Assembly (NCBI GenBank): GCA_039586795.1 | Contig: JBDHJS010000010.1 | Span: 1 to 64,000 of the forward strand | Reading direction: 5' to 3' | Length of the DNA stretch: 64,000 nt | From: Gemmatimonadota bacterium | GTDB lineage: Bacteria > Gemmatimonadota > Gemmatimonadetes > Palauibacterales > KS3-K002 | Shown here: piece by piece, positions 47,804 through 56,179 of the stretch | Layout: each line of letters opens with the position of its first letter | Numbering within the stretch: position 1 is the stretch's first letter | The notes under the pieces: model-generated | Databases searched by the model: none | The model's input: the letters and a program-made list of their open reading frames with translations, nothing else | What the model was told of the DNA's origin: nothing | Position numbers and translations under genes: made by a program

Positions 47804-48862
47804 GTGACTAAGTCAGGACAAGGATCGCCCGCAGTAGCTCTGCCGGGCGGATGCGTAGAATCAATACGCGGGAGACGGCGCTGGCCGAGCAGGTCACGCA
47901 TTCCCCCGCCCCACGCCGCCATCATCCCACTTCTTTGCCTCCTCCTGTTCCTCTACCCAACCATCTCTCAGGCGAGCGAAGTGACATCATCCATGGCGGC
48001 AAGCACGGGGCCCGCCTGGTGGGTCTGGCCGCTGGTGCTGTTCGTACTGACGTTCGTGATGGGGATACTGGCAGCGCTTGGCGGCGTTGGTGGAGGGGTA
48101 CTCTTCGTTCCTATAGTGAGCGGTTTCTTTCCATTCCACCTGGACTTCGTTCGCGGCTGCGGCTTGCTGGTCGCACTGGCCGGCGCGTTGGCCGCCGGAC
48201 CCGGCTTCCTCAAGATGAACCTCGCCAGTCTGCGGTTGGCGATGCCGGTGGCACTGATCGCTTCGACCTGCGCCATCGTCGGGGCGATGGTCGGACTGGC
48301 CCTCCCCACGGACATCGTTCAGACAGCGTTGGGGGCGACGATTCTGGGCATCGTGGTGCTGATGATCTTGGCGAAGAAGTCGGTTTTCCCGGAGGTCGAG
48401 CAAGCTGACAACCTGTCGACCAGTCTGAGGATCTGCGGGGTTTACTCCGAGGCCAGCATGGGCCAGACGATCAACTGGAAGGTCCACCGCACAGTGCCCG
48501 GACTGCTACTGTTCATCGTTATCGGCGTCATGGCTGGGATGTTCGGACTCGGCGCGGGCTGGGCCAACGTCCCGGTCCTCAATCTCGTGATGGGCGCGCC
48601 GCTGAAGGTCAGCGTGGCAACCAGCAAGTTCCTGCTTTCTATCACGGACACTTCTGCAGCGTGGATCTACGTCAACAAGGGCGCGGTCATCCCAATGATG
48701 GTGGTGCCATCGCTCGTCGGTATCATGCTGGGCTCGTTCATCGGCGTGCGAATCCTGCGCGTCGCGCGGCCGACATTTGTTCGGTGGATGGTAATTGGCT
48801 TGCTCTTGTTCGCCGGCGCGAAGGCGATCACCAAGGGGTTGGGGCTCCCATTCCTGTTCTAG
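47804..48862 (+). CDS. Sulfite exporter TauE/SafE family protein (start uncertain)
   Basis: GVGGGVLFVP, GMFGLGAGWANVP, ATS. Confidence 0.85.
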   Translation: MTKSGQGSPAVALPGGCVESIRGRRRWPSRSRIPPPHAAIIPLLCLLLFLYPTISQASEVTSSMAASTGPAWWVWPLVLFVLTFVMGILAALGGVGGGVLFVPIVSGFFPFHLDFVRGCGLLVALAGALAAGPGFLKMNLASLRLAMPVALIASTCAIVGAMVGLALPTDIVQTALGATILGIVVLMILAKKSVFPEVEQADNLSTSLRICGVYSEASMGQTINWKVHRTVPGLLLFIVIGVMAGMFGLGAGWANVPVLNLVMGAPLKVSVATSKFLLSITDTSAAWIYVNKGAVIPMMVVPSLVGIMLGSFIGVRILRVARPTFVRWMVIGLLLFAGAKAITKGLGLPFLF

Positions 48863-48880
48863 ACGACGGGCCAAAGAACC

Positions 48881-49333
48881 ATGGATACGAATAGCGAATT
48901 CGAGTGCCCGGGCGCTGACGAAGAACAGCTGCTCTACGCCAAGATCCTTCAGGCTGGCATGTACATCGGGCTGACTTTGCTCCTCGTGACTTTTGCCCTG
49001 TACAGTTCCGGCATCGTCGCTCCGGCCGTGCCGGTGGAACAGCTGCCCGAGTACTGGACGCTGAACGTCCATGACTACCTGGAAGCCACGAACCACGATC
49101 ATCTGCACAGGGAGCATGCCGTCTCGGGATGGGGCTGGCTCTCGGTTCTGGGCAAAGGCGACTATCTCAACTTTCTGGGGATCGCACTACTTTCAGGCGT
49201 GACTATCGTGTGCTACCTGGGGATCATCCCCACGCTAATCAGGAAGAAGGACAAGCCGTACATCATCATGGCTGTGCTGGAAGTCATCATTCTGACACTC
49301 GCGGCGAGTGGGATTCTCGCCGTCGGCCACTAA
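48881..49333 (+). CDS. DUF1634-like membrane protein (TauE partner)
   Basis: EEQLLYA, GWGW...GDYLNFLGIA. Confidence 0.7.
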   Translation: MDTNSEFECPGADEEQLLYAKILQAGMYIGLTLLLVTFALYSSGIVAPAVPVEQLPEYWTLNVHDYLEATNHDHLHREHAVSGWGWLSVLGKGDYLNFLGIALLSGVTIVCYLGIIPTLIRKKDKPYIIMAVLEVIILTLAASGILAVGH

Positions 49334-49339
49334 GCTGCG

Positions 49340-49837
49340 ATGGACACGCCCGCGGGCGCGCCACGTTTCTTCCCAGTTGGAATCGATCTGCGCGGCAAGC
49401 CATGCCTCATCGTTGGCGGAGGCAACGTGGGAACGCGCAAGGCGACCACTCTGGTGCACGCCGGGGCCGAAGTGACGGTAGTCGCACCTCAGGTCACGGA
49501 CGAGCTGGCGGGTTTGATCAGCGAGAACAGCCTGCGCTGGATTCAGGATGTCTTTCGTCAGGAGCACTTGCCGGGCGTCTTTCTCGCCGTAGCCGCGACC
49601 GACGACGACGACACCAACGCGGCTGTCATTCGAGCCGCACTCGAGAACCACGCGCTGGCGTGCGACGCGTCGTCAGCCGAACGCTCACAACTCATCTTCG
49701 GTGCGATGCTGGAACGTGACGACGTCACGATCGCCGTCTTCACGGACGGCCGCGATCCGGCAACGGCTCGGCGGACACGCGACCAGCTGGCCGACCTCAT
49801 CAGCCAGGACCACAAGTCGAAACCCCACGAGAGTTGA
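49340..49837 (+). CDS. sirC: Precorrin-2 dehydrogenase (SirC / CysG N-terminal domain)
   Basis: CLIVGGGNVG.RK, VAATDD..N, IAV.TDGRDP. Confidence 0.8.
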   Translation: MDTPAGAPRFFPVGIDLRGKPCLIVGGGNVGTRKATTLVHAGAEVTVVAPQVTDELAGLISENSLRWIQDVFRQEHLPGVFLAVAATDDDDTNAAVIRAALENHALACDASSAERSQLIFGAMLERDDVTIAVFTDGRDPATARRTRDQLADLISQDHKSKPHES

Positions 49838-49840
49838 GAC

Positions 49841-52042
49841 GTGGGGCAGCTAGCCGACTCCGTAGCAGCAGACAACCCCGTACCGGGTGACAGCGCAACG
49901 CATCCCTCGCCGCGTCGGGGTGTCGTACTCATCGGGCTGGGGACGCCCGCCGGACCCGACACGCCGTCGGTGCGCAAGCTTCTTGTTGAGAGCTTCACCG
50001 ACGAGTCTGTGGCCGCCTGGCCGGGTGGACTCCGATGGCTCCGAGGTGGAGTTGGCCGGTTTCATGCCAGACGACTGGCGCCGACCACCGCCGAACTGTA
50101 CCGCAAGATCTGGGATGTTCGCGGGGCTCCGCTGGCCGCCATCCTGTCAGACGTGGCGTCGTCCCTGGCCACGGCGCTACCCAAAGGCTGGACGGTCTAC
50201 GTGGCGATGCGCTACGGCCGCCCGCAGATCGCCGACGTCATCCGCCAGGTGGAGGCTGATGGTATAGACGACCTCGTCGTCGTACCCATGTACCCACAGT
50301 TCAATTCGTCCACCTCCGGCACAATCCTACGCGAACTGCATCGCGTTCTGCGGCAGACCGGGCAACACATCAGTGTCGCCCTACGTTCCACGTGGTACGA
50401 CGACGTGGGCTACGTGAAAGCGCAGGCCCGACTGCTGGCCGACTACGCGGCGTCCAGGGACCTGTGGCCGGACGACGCGCATCTGCTGTTCTGTGCCCAC
50501 GGGCAGCCCGCTTTTGGGGAAAGCTCGCTCTATACGCAACAGGTCCGAAAGACGGCCCGGCTAGTCGCCGATCAGCTCGGCTGGCCGATGGAGCGGGCAT
50601 CGCTCGCTTACCAGCCGCGGCGCATCCCGTTTCGCTCGCTTCGTCCGGAAGCCCGTGAGAGGCTGGCCGAGCTCACGGCGGAAGGGATGAAGCGGGTGCT
50701 GGTCTGCCCGATCACCTCCCCGGTTGATGGGATCACGACGCTGGGCGAGATCGGAGTGGAATGCCGGGAGTTCTTCGAGGCGAACGGCGGCAGCCTGAGC
50801 CTATGCCCGGCGCTGAACTCTGCCGAGCCTTTTGTGGCAGCTCTGAGAAACCTGGTGCTGCGCGGTCCCCGATCTCTGACACCCGATAGGGCCTCGGCCA
50901 TCCCGATGCTGAGGCCGAGAACGGGAACTACCACGTGCGACGGCGAGCCCGAATCGCTGCTCATGATCGGCGCCTCTTTCGAAGGTGGTGTGCGCTCGGG
51001 CCGCGGCCCGCACCTGAGGTATAGCGACCCTAGCGTGTTCGGACGGGTGAGGAAGACTCGCAAGGAAATCCGCGACTTTTTGGATTGGATTCACACGCAG
51101 CCTGACGTTGGCGAGGCATTCGTGTGGAATACCTGCCAGCGAATCGAGTTCTACGGTTGGCTGGCCGATCCAACGGACCGGCAAGCCCGAAGGAGTGCGG
51201 TTGAGCGGATACGCAGCCGACTGTACGAGGCCGAACCGGACGGGCTGGAGGTAAATACTCTGTTCGGGATCGAGGCCTGGCATCATCTGATGCGCACGGC
51301 AGCCGGCCTCAACAGCGCCTTGCCTGGCGACCTCGATGTGGTGGCCCAGTTGGAGACGGCCTGCCGGACCGCGGAGCGCGCCGGGACGGCGGGGCCACGA
51401 ACGGCCTGCGTGGTGGATAGCGCCGTCGCTGTCTCCCGCGATGTGCGCACCGCGACCACCTGGGGCCACGTTAGCCACGGGTTCTGTCTCGCAGCCCTAC
51501 TGCAGGTTCAGGAGGTTGACGGAGCGCACATGGACGAGTGTCGCCACGTCGTCATCGGGGGATCATCCACTTCGCGTTCCGTCCTCTCCGCGCTATCCGA
51601 CCAGTTCGATGTACCGAAGCAGCAGATGACGCTGATATACCGAACTCACCATGGTCAGCTGAAGCTGCTGCGCAGTGCCATCGGCCATGGCAAACGCCTT
51701 CGCGTGCAATCGTACTCCGAACAGGCCGTGCTCGCCGCCATCGCCGCCGCTGACTTCGTCTACTTCGGCGTCGACTACCAGGAACCCATCTTCGACGCAG
51801 GGACTCTCGGTCGCGTCCGGGACCTGAAGCAGCGCCCGCTGCGGGTGATCGACTTCAACTCGTTCGGATCGATCGCCAGCGCGAGTCCGCAGTCGGGTCT
51901 GAAGATCTGGACCGCCGAAGATCTTGACCAGGCGATCGTCGACTTCGTCGAGGGGATGCGAGCGCAACCGCGCTTCTCGCGTGCAGTCGAAGAGTCGGAG
52001 GAGTGGATCGAAAACCACCTGCGTTCGCAGGTCGGGGCGTAA
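49841..52042 (+). CDS. Fusion of ferrochelatase (HemH/CpfC-like) and glutamyl-tRNA reductase (HemA-like) domains
   Basis: N-terminal LGTP, Y.KIW, AMRYGRP, PMYPQF, AHG, CPALN; C-terminal NTCQRIEFY, HLMRTAAGLNS...GD..V..Q. Confidence 0.75.
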   Translation: MGQLADSVAADNPVPGDSATHPSPRRGVVLIGLGTPAGPDTPSVRKLLVESFTDESVAAWPGGLRWLRGGVGRFHARRLAPTTAELYRKIWDVRGAPLAAILSDVASSLATALPKGWTVYVAMRYGRPQIADVIRQVEADGIDDLVVVPMYPQFNSSTSGTILRELHRVLRQTGQHISVALRSTWYDDVGYVKAQARLLADYAASRDLWPDDAHLLFCAHGQPAFGESSLYTQQVRKTARLVADQLGWPMERASLAYQPRRIPFRSLRPEARERLAELTAEGMKRVLVCPITSPVDGITTLGEIGVECREFFEANGGSLSLCPALNSAEPFVAALRNLVLRGPRSLTPDRASAIPMLRPRTGTTTCDGEPESLLMIGASFEGGVRSGRGPHLRYSDPSVFGRVRKTRKEIRDFLDWIHTQPDVGEAFVWNTCQRIEFYGWLADPTDRQARRSAVERIRSRLYEAEPDGLEVNTLFGIEAWHHLMRTAAGLNSALPGDLDVVAQLETACRTAERAGTAGPRTACVVDSAVAVSRDVRTATTWGHVSHGFCLAALLQVQEVDGAHMDECRHVVIGGSSTSRSVLSALSDQFDVPKQQMTLIYRTHHGQLKLLRSAIGHGKRLRVQSYSEQAVLAAIAAADFVYFGVDYQEPIFDAGTLGRVRDLKQRPLRVIDFNSFGSIASASPQSGLKIWTAEDLDQAIVDFVEGMRAQPRFSRAVEESEEWIENHLRSQVGA

Positions 52043-52116
52043 CCAGAAGCGCCGCCTTCGCGACTAATCGACGCCACACTAGACGGCTCAAGAACCAGCC
52101 AGGGCGCGCCTTTCGC

Positions 52117-52137
52117 AATTGAGAAGCAGTATCAATT
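52117..52137. promoter_or_regulatory. Fur/PerR-like palindrome upstream of aprB
   Basis: AAT-TGAGAAG-C-AGTATCA-ATT. Confidence 0.35.
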
Positions 52138-52174
52138 ACTACCTCTTGCGCGGGCCGCCGAAGCTTGCCAGATT

Positions 52175-52290
52175 AATCGTGACAAAAATCTCGGATCCCA
52201 ACCGCAATCGTGACAAATATCGCGCTATCCGGCGCGACCACCGAATCAAGCCCTGGCACCGGCCCCGAAATCGTGAAAAAAACCGCACAA
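52175..52290. promoter_or_regulatory. Three AATCGTGAmAAA operator-like repeats (Rex/CRP-type GTGA-N6-TCAC) upstream of aprB
   Basis: Copies at 52175 (cgtga-caaaaa-tctcg), 52206 (cgtga-caaata-tcgcg) and 52269 (cgtga-aaaaaa-ccgca). Confidence 0.55.
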
Positions 52291-52406
52291 GCCATTGTGT
52301 CCGCATCTACGTGTCGCTCCCAGCCAGGGGGGAGCCGTCCGCGGATTTGCATCAATAGCTCTGGAGAGGTTGTTCGATTACGTACAAGTCCAACGGAGGA
52401 AGGGAA

Positions 52407-52874
52407 ATGCCGAGTTACGTGATTGGGGACAAGTGTGATGGGTGCAAGGCGCTCGATAAGACCGCCTGCCAGCACATTTGCCCGAACGATCTCATGGTCT
52501 TGAACAAGGAGACCATGAAGGCCTTCAACCAGGATCCCCACATGTGCTGGGAGTGCTACAGCTGCGTGAAGATCTGCCCGACGCAGGCGATCGAGGTGCG
52601 CGGTTACGCGGACTTCATCCCGCTGGGTGCCAGCGTGACGGCGATGCGCAGCAGCGAAGACATCATGTGGACGCTGCAGTTCCGCAGCAAAGAGATCAAG
52701 CCGAAGCGGTTCAAGTTCCCGATCCGCCGGGGAGTCGCGGAGGGCAAGGCGCAGCCGTTCGATCACTATCCTACGGGTGACGATGACCTGAAGAGCCCGA
52801 CGCTGATGTGCGAGCCGGAGGGCCTGAACACAGAGCGTGGACCGGTCAAGATGGACCAGGTCCCGACGCTTTAG
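52407..52874 (+). CDS. aprB: Adenylylsulfate reductase beta subunit
   Basis: CDGC...CQHICP, CWECYSCVKICP, VRGYADF, KRFKFPIR. Confidence 0.97.
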   Translation: MPSYVIGDKCDGCKALDKTACQHICPNDLMVLNKETMKAFNQDPHMCWECYSCVKICPTQAIEVRGYADFIPLGASVTAMRSSEDIMWTLQFRSKEIKPKRFKFPIRRGVAEGKAQPFDHYPTGDDDLKSPTLMCEPEGLNTERGPVKMDQVPTL

Positions 52875-52935
52875 TCGGCTCGGTTCGCAAGGCAGTCTGA
52901 TTTCTTCGGAATAAGAACTTAGGAGATATGTGAAA

Positions 52936-54828
52936 ATGGCGGATTTCGAAACCGTAACGGTTGAGACCGACCTGCTGATCTGCGGCGGCGGTATGGCCGC
53001 CTGCGGTGCAGCGGTGGAAGCGGCCTACTGGGCCAAGAAGCACGGATTGAAGGTCACGGTGGTCGACAAGGCGGCCATGGACCGCTCAGGCGCCGTGGCG
53101 ATGGGCCTTTCGGCCATTAACCAGTACGTGGATCTGAACAGCGGCAACAACACGCTGAAGGACTATCTGGACTACGTGCGCAACGATCTGATGGGCATCA
53201 CCCGCGAGGACCTCGTAGGGAGCATCGCGCGCCACGTGGACTCGACGGTTCACCTGTTCGAGAAATGGGGTCTCCCCATTTGGAAGGACAAAGAAGGCAA
53301 CTACGTCCATGAGGGACGTTGGCAGCTGATGATCAACGGCGAGTCCTACAAGGTCATCGTCGCAGAGGCCGCCAAGAACGCTCTGGCAGAGGCCGACGGT
53401 GAGTACTTCGAGCGCGTCTTCATCACGCACCCGCTGATCGACGGCGACAAGTGCGTGGGCGCGATTGGCTTCAGTGTCAGAGAGAACAAAGTCTACGTCT
53501 TCAAGGCAAAAGCCACGATGGTCGCCATGGGCGGCGCGGTACACGTGTTCAAGCCGCGCTCGACGGGTGAGGGCTTTGGCCGTTCCTGGTATCCACCCTT
53601 CAACTCCGGCGCCAGCGCTTTCTTCACGATCTATGGCGGCGCCGAGATGACCTGTCAGGAAGTGCGCTTCATCCCCGTCCGCTTCAAGGACGCGTACGGC
53701 CCGGTGGGCGCGTGGTTCCTGCTCTTCAAATCGATCGCAACCAACGCCGAGGGCGGCAACTACATGCAGGACAACGCTGCCGAGCTCGACAAATGGGAGC
53801 CTTACGGGAAGGTGAAGCCGCGTCCGGCCAACATTCGCAATTGGCTGATGATGCTGGACGTGATGGAAGGTAAGGCACCGATCTACATGCAGACCGCCGA
53901 CGCGATCAAGCGGATCGCCGACGAGGCGCCCGACGAGAAGGCGGCGAAGAAGAAGCTGAAGGAACTGGAGGCCGAGGCCTGGGAGGACTTCCTTGACATG
54001 ACGATCTCGCAGGCGATCCTCTGGGCCGCCACGAACGTCGAGCCGGAGAAGAAGCCGTCCGAGATCATGGCCTGTGATCCTTACTTCATCGGTTCGCACT
54101 CTGGCGCCTCCGGCGCCTGGGTCTCAGGGCCGGAAGATCTGCAGACCGACGAGACGAAGAACGAGTACTTCTGGGGTTACCCACACATGACGACCGTCAG
54201 CGGCATGTTTGCCGCGGGCGACGCCTCCGGGGCCTCCAGTCACAAGTTCTCGTCCGGCTCCCACGCCGAGGGACGTATCGCTGCCAAGGCCGCGATCTCC
54301 TACATCGTTGACAACAACATTTCGGCCAACGTCGACCAGGGTATGATCGACGAACTGACGGCCGAGATCCTCAAGCCGCTGGAGACGTTCGAGGCGCACA
54401 GCGGAGAGACCACGGACCCGGACATCAACCCGAACTACATCCGTCCGACGCAGTTTATGTATCGCCTGCAGAAGATCATGGACGAGTATGCGGGTGGTGT
54501 GTCCGCTCAGTTCAAGACCAGCGACAAGCTCCTCGAGAAGGGGATGGAGCTGCTGGCGTTCTTGAAGGAAGACGCCGACAAGCTGGCCGCGAAGAACCTG
54601 CACGAGTTGATGCGCTGCTGGGAGAACGTCCACCGCATGTACCAGGCGGACGCCCACGTGCGCTCGATCCACTTCCGTGAGGAGACGCGCTGGCCGGGTT
54701 ACTACTTCCGCTCAGACAAGCCGAGCATGGACAACAATAACTGGCTCGCGTTCTGCAACTGCAAGTACGACAAAGACACGGGCGATTGGGAAATGATGAA
54801 GAAGCCCGTCAAGTACATCTCGCAGTAA
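52936..54828 (+). CDS. aprA: Adenylylsulfate reductase alpha subunit
   Basis: RSGAVAMGLSAIN, WQLMINGESYK, RFKDAYGPVGAWF, HKFSSGS, REETRWPG. Confidence 0.97.
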   Translation: MADFETVTVETDLLICGGGMAACGAAVEAAYWAKKHGLKVTVVDKAAMDRSGAVAMGLSAINQYVDLNSGNNTLKDYLDYVRNDLMGITREDLVGSIARHVDSTVHLFEKWGLPIWKDKEGNYVHEGRWQLMINGESYKVIVAEAAKNALAEADGEYFERVFITHPLIDGDKCVGAIGFSVRENKVYVFKAKATMVAMGGAVHVFKPRSTGEGFGRSWYPPFNSGASAFFTIYGGAEMTCQEVRFIPVRFKDAYGPVGAWFLLFKSIATNAEGGNYMQDNAAELDKWEPYGKVKPRPANIRNWLMMLDVMEGKAPIYMQTADAIKRIADEAPDEKAAKKKLKELEAEAWEDFLDMTISQAILWAATNVEPEKKPSEIMACDPYFIGSHSGASGAWVSGPEDLQTDETKNEYFWGYPHMTTVSGMFAAGDASGASSHKFSSGSHAEGRIAAKAAISYIVDNNISANVDQGMIDELTAEILKPLETFEAHSGETTDPDINPNYIRPTQFMYRLQKIMDEYAGGVSAQFKTSDKLLEKGMELLAFLKEDADKLAAKNLHELMRCWENVHRMYQADAHVRSIHFREETRWPGYYFRSDKPSMDNNNWLAFCNCKYDKDTGDWEMMKKPVKYISQ

Positions 54829-54847
54829 CGACCCAGAGCAACGGGAT

Positions 54848-54876
54848 CTTCGAGCGTCGAGGTTCGACGCTCGAAG
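54848..54876 (+). terminator. Perfect 13-bp stem-loop after aprA (terminator or mRNA-stabilising hairpin)
   Basis: cttcgagcgtcga-ggt-tcgacgctcgaag; no U tract. Confidence 0.6.
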
Positions 54877-55002
54877 GTCCCGGCGCTCCAAATCTTATGG
54901 ACTTTAGCAATGAGCAGCACCACCACTTGCTTCCACCACACCGATAGGGTGATCGACGACTCTTCGATCGCTCTTGAATCCCGCGACCGATCGAGGAGCC
55001 CC

Positions 55003-55290
55003 ATGTCTAAAGCCTCCCGTACCTGTCCACACTGTGGTGACGGTCTCAAGAAGTGGCTCGTCCCTGACGGCGCTACGTGGACTGAAGAGTTCCTTTTCGT
55101 CTGCTTCAACGACGACTGCCCGTACTACCGGGAGGGGTGGAAGTGGATGGAAGAGCAATACAGCCAACACGCATCGTACCGGTATATGGTCTATCCCACC
55201 ACTGGCACCTCGTCGATGATTCCGGTCTGGTCGGATTCCGCGACGCGGGAGATGATCGTAGAGGATGATGAAGGAGACAACGATGAGTGA
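55003..55290 (+). CDS. Small Cys-rich (zinc-ribbon-like) protein
   Basis: RBS GAGGAG; CPHC...VCFNDDCPYY..GW. Confidence 0.75.
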   Translation: MSKASRTCPHCGDGLKKWLVPDGATWTEEFLFVCFNDDCPYYREGWKWMEEQYSQHASYRYMVYPTTGTSSMIPVWSDSATREMIVEDDEGDNDE

Positions 55291-56179
55291 CGAGAAGCGA
55301 TCACCCGTCGACGCGAAACCGCTGGACACACTACAAGAGAAGATACTCAAAGATCACCCGAGGCTAGGCCCGAACGACAAGTTCAAGTTCGGGTGCCACC
55401 CCGGTGTCTCCTGTTACAACAAGTGCTGCAGCGACGTCAACATCTTTTTGTCTCCTTATGACGTACTCCGCCTCAAGCAACGGCTGGGGATGACGTCGAG
55501 CGATTTCCTCGAGAAGCATGTGCTGCTTCCCGTCCAGAAGGACATGAAGACGCCTATCGTCCTGTTGCGCATGAACGACGACGAAGACAAGAGCTGTCCC
55601 TTCCTGACGGAAGGCGGCTGCGGCGTCTACTCGGATCGGCCCTGGCCCTGCCGCATGTACCCGTTGGGGCTGGCCGCATCGAAAGACACTCCCGACGGAT
55701 GGCGCGGCGACCGATTCTACTTCCTTCTACAAGAAGAGGGGTGCAAGGGATTCGACGAGTCAACCGAATGGACCGTCAATCAATGGCTCGACGATCAGGG
55801 AATCGATCAGTACGACGAGTGGGGCGAAGCGTACAAGGAGCTGACGCTCCATGAGTTCTTCGAGGACGGCGGAATCCTCTCGCCCAAGAAGATGGAGATG
55901 CTTTTCACTGCGGGCTACGACCTGGACAAGTTTCGGGAATTCGTTTTCGAGAGCACGCTGCTGCAACGGTTCGATGTAGACGAGGACTTCGTCGAAGAGA
56001 TGCGCTACGACGATGAGGCATTGCTTCGCTTCGCCTTCCTCTGGCTGCGGTTCAGCCTCTTCGGCGAGCCGACCGTTAAGGCGAGGCCCGAGGTCGTCGA
56101 GGCGTACAAGGGTAGCCTCGACAAAAAGGAGTTGTTCGACGACAAGGCGGCTGCAGCCCCTAACGAGGATACACGATGA
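55283..56179 (+). CDS. YkgJ family cysteine-cluster (CxxCxxCC) protein
   Basis: CHPGVSCYNKCC, CPFL...C.VY..RP..CR.YP. Confidence 0.85.
   Translation: MSDEKRSPVDAKPLDTLQEKILKDHPRLGPNDKFKFGCHPGVSCYNKCCSDVNIFLSPYDVLRLKQRLGMTSSDFLEKHVLLPVQKDMKTPIVLLRMNDDEDKSCPFLTEGGCGVYSDRPWPCRMYPLGLAASKDTPDGWRGDRFYFLLQEEGCKGFDESTEWTVNQWLDDQGIDQYDEWGEAYKELTLHEFFEDGGILSPKKMEMLFTAGYDLDKFREFVFESTLLQRFDVDEDFVEEMRYDDEALLRFAFLWLRFSLFGEPTVKARPEVVEAYKGSLDKKELFDDKAAAAPNEDTR

Noticed and set aside
52253..52270. Sigma54 promoter (TGGCAC) upstream of aprB
   Set aside because: The -12 position reads CCGA rather than TTGC.
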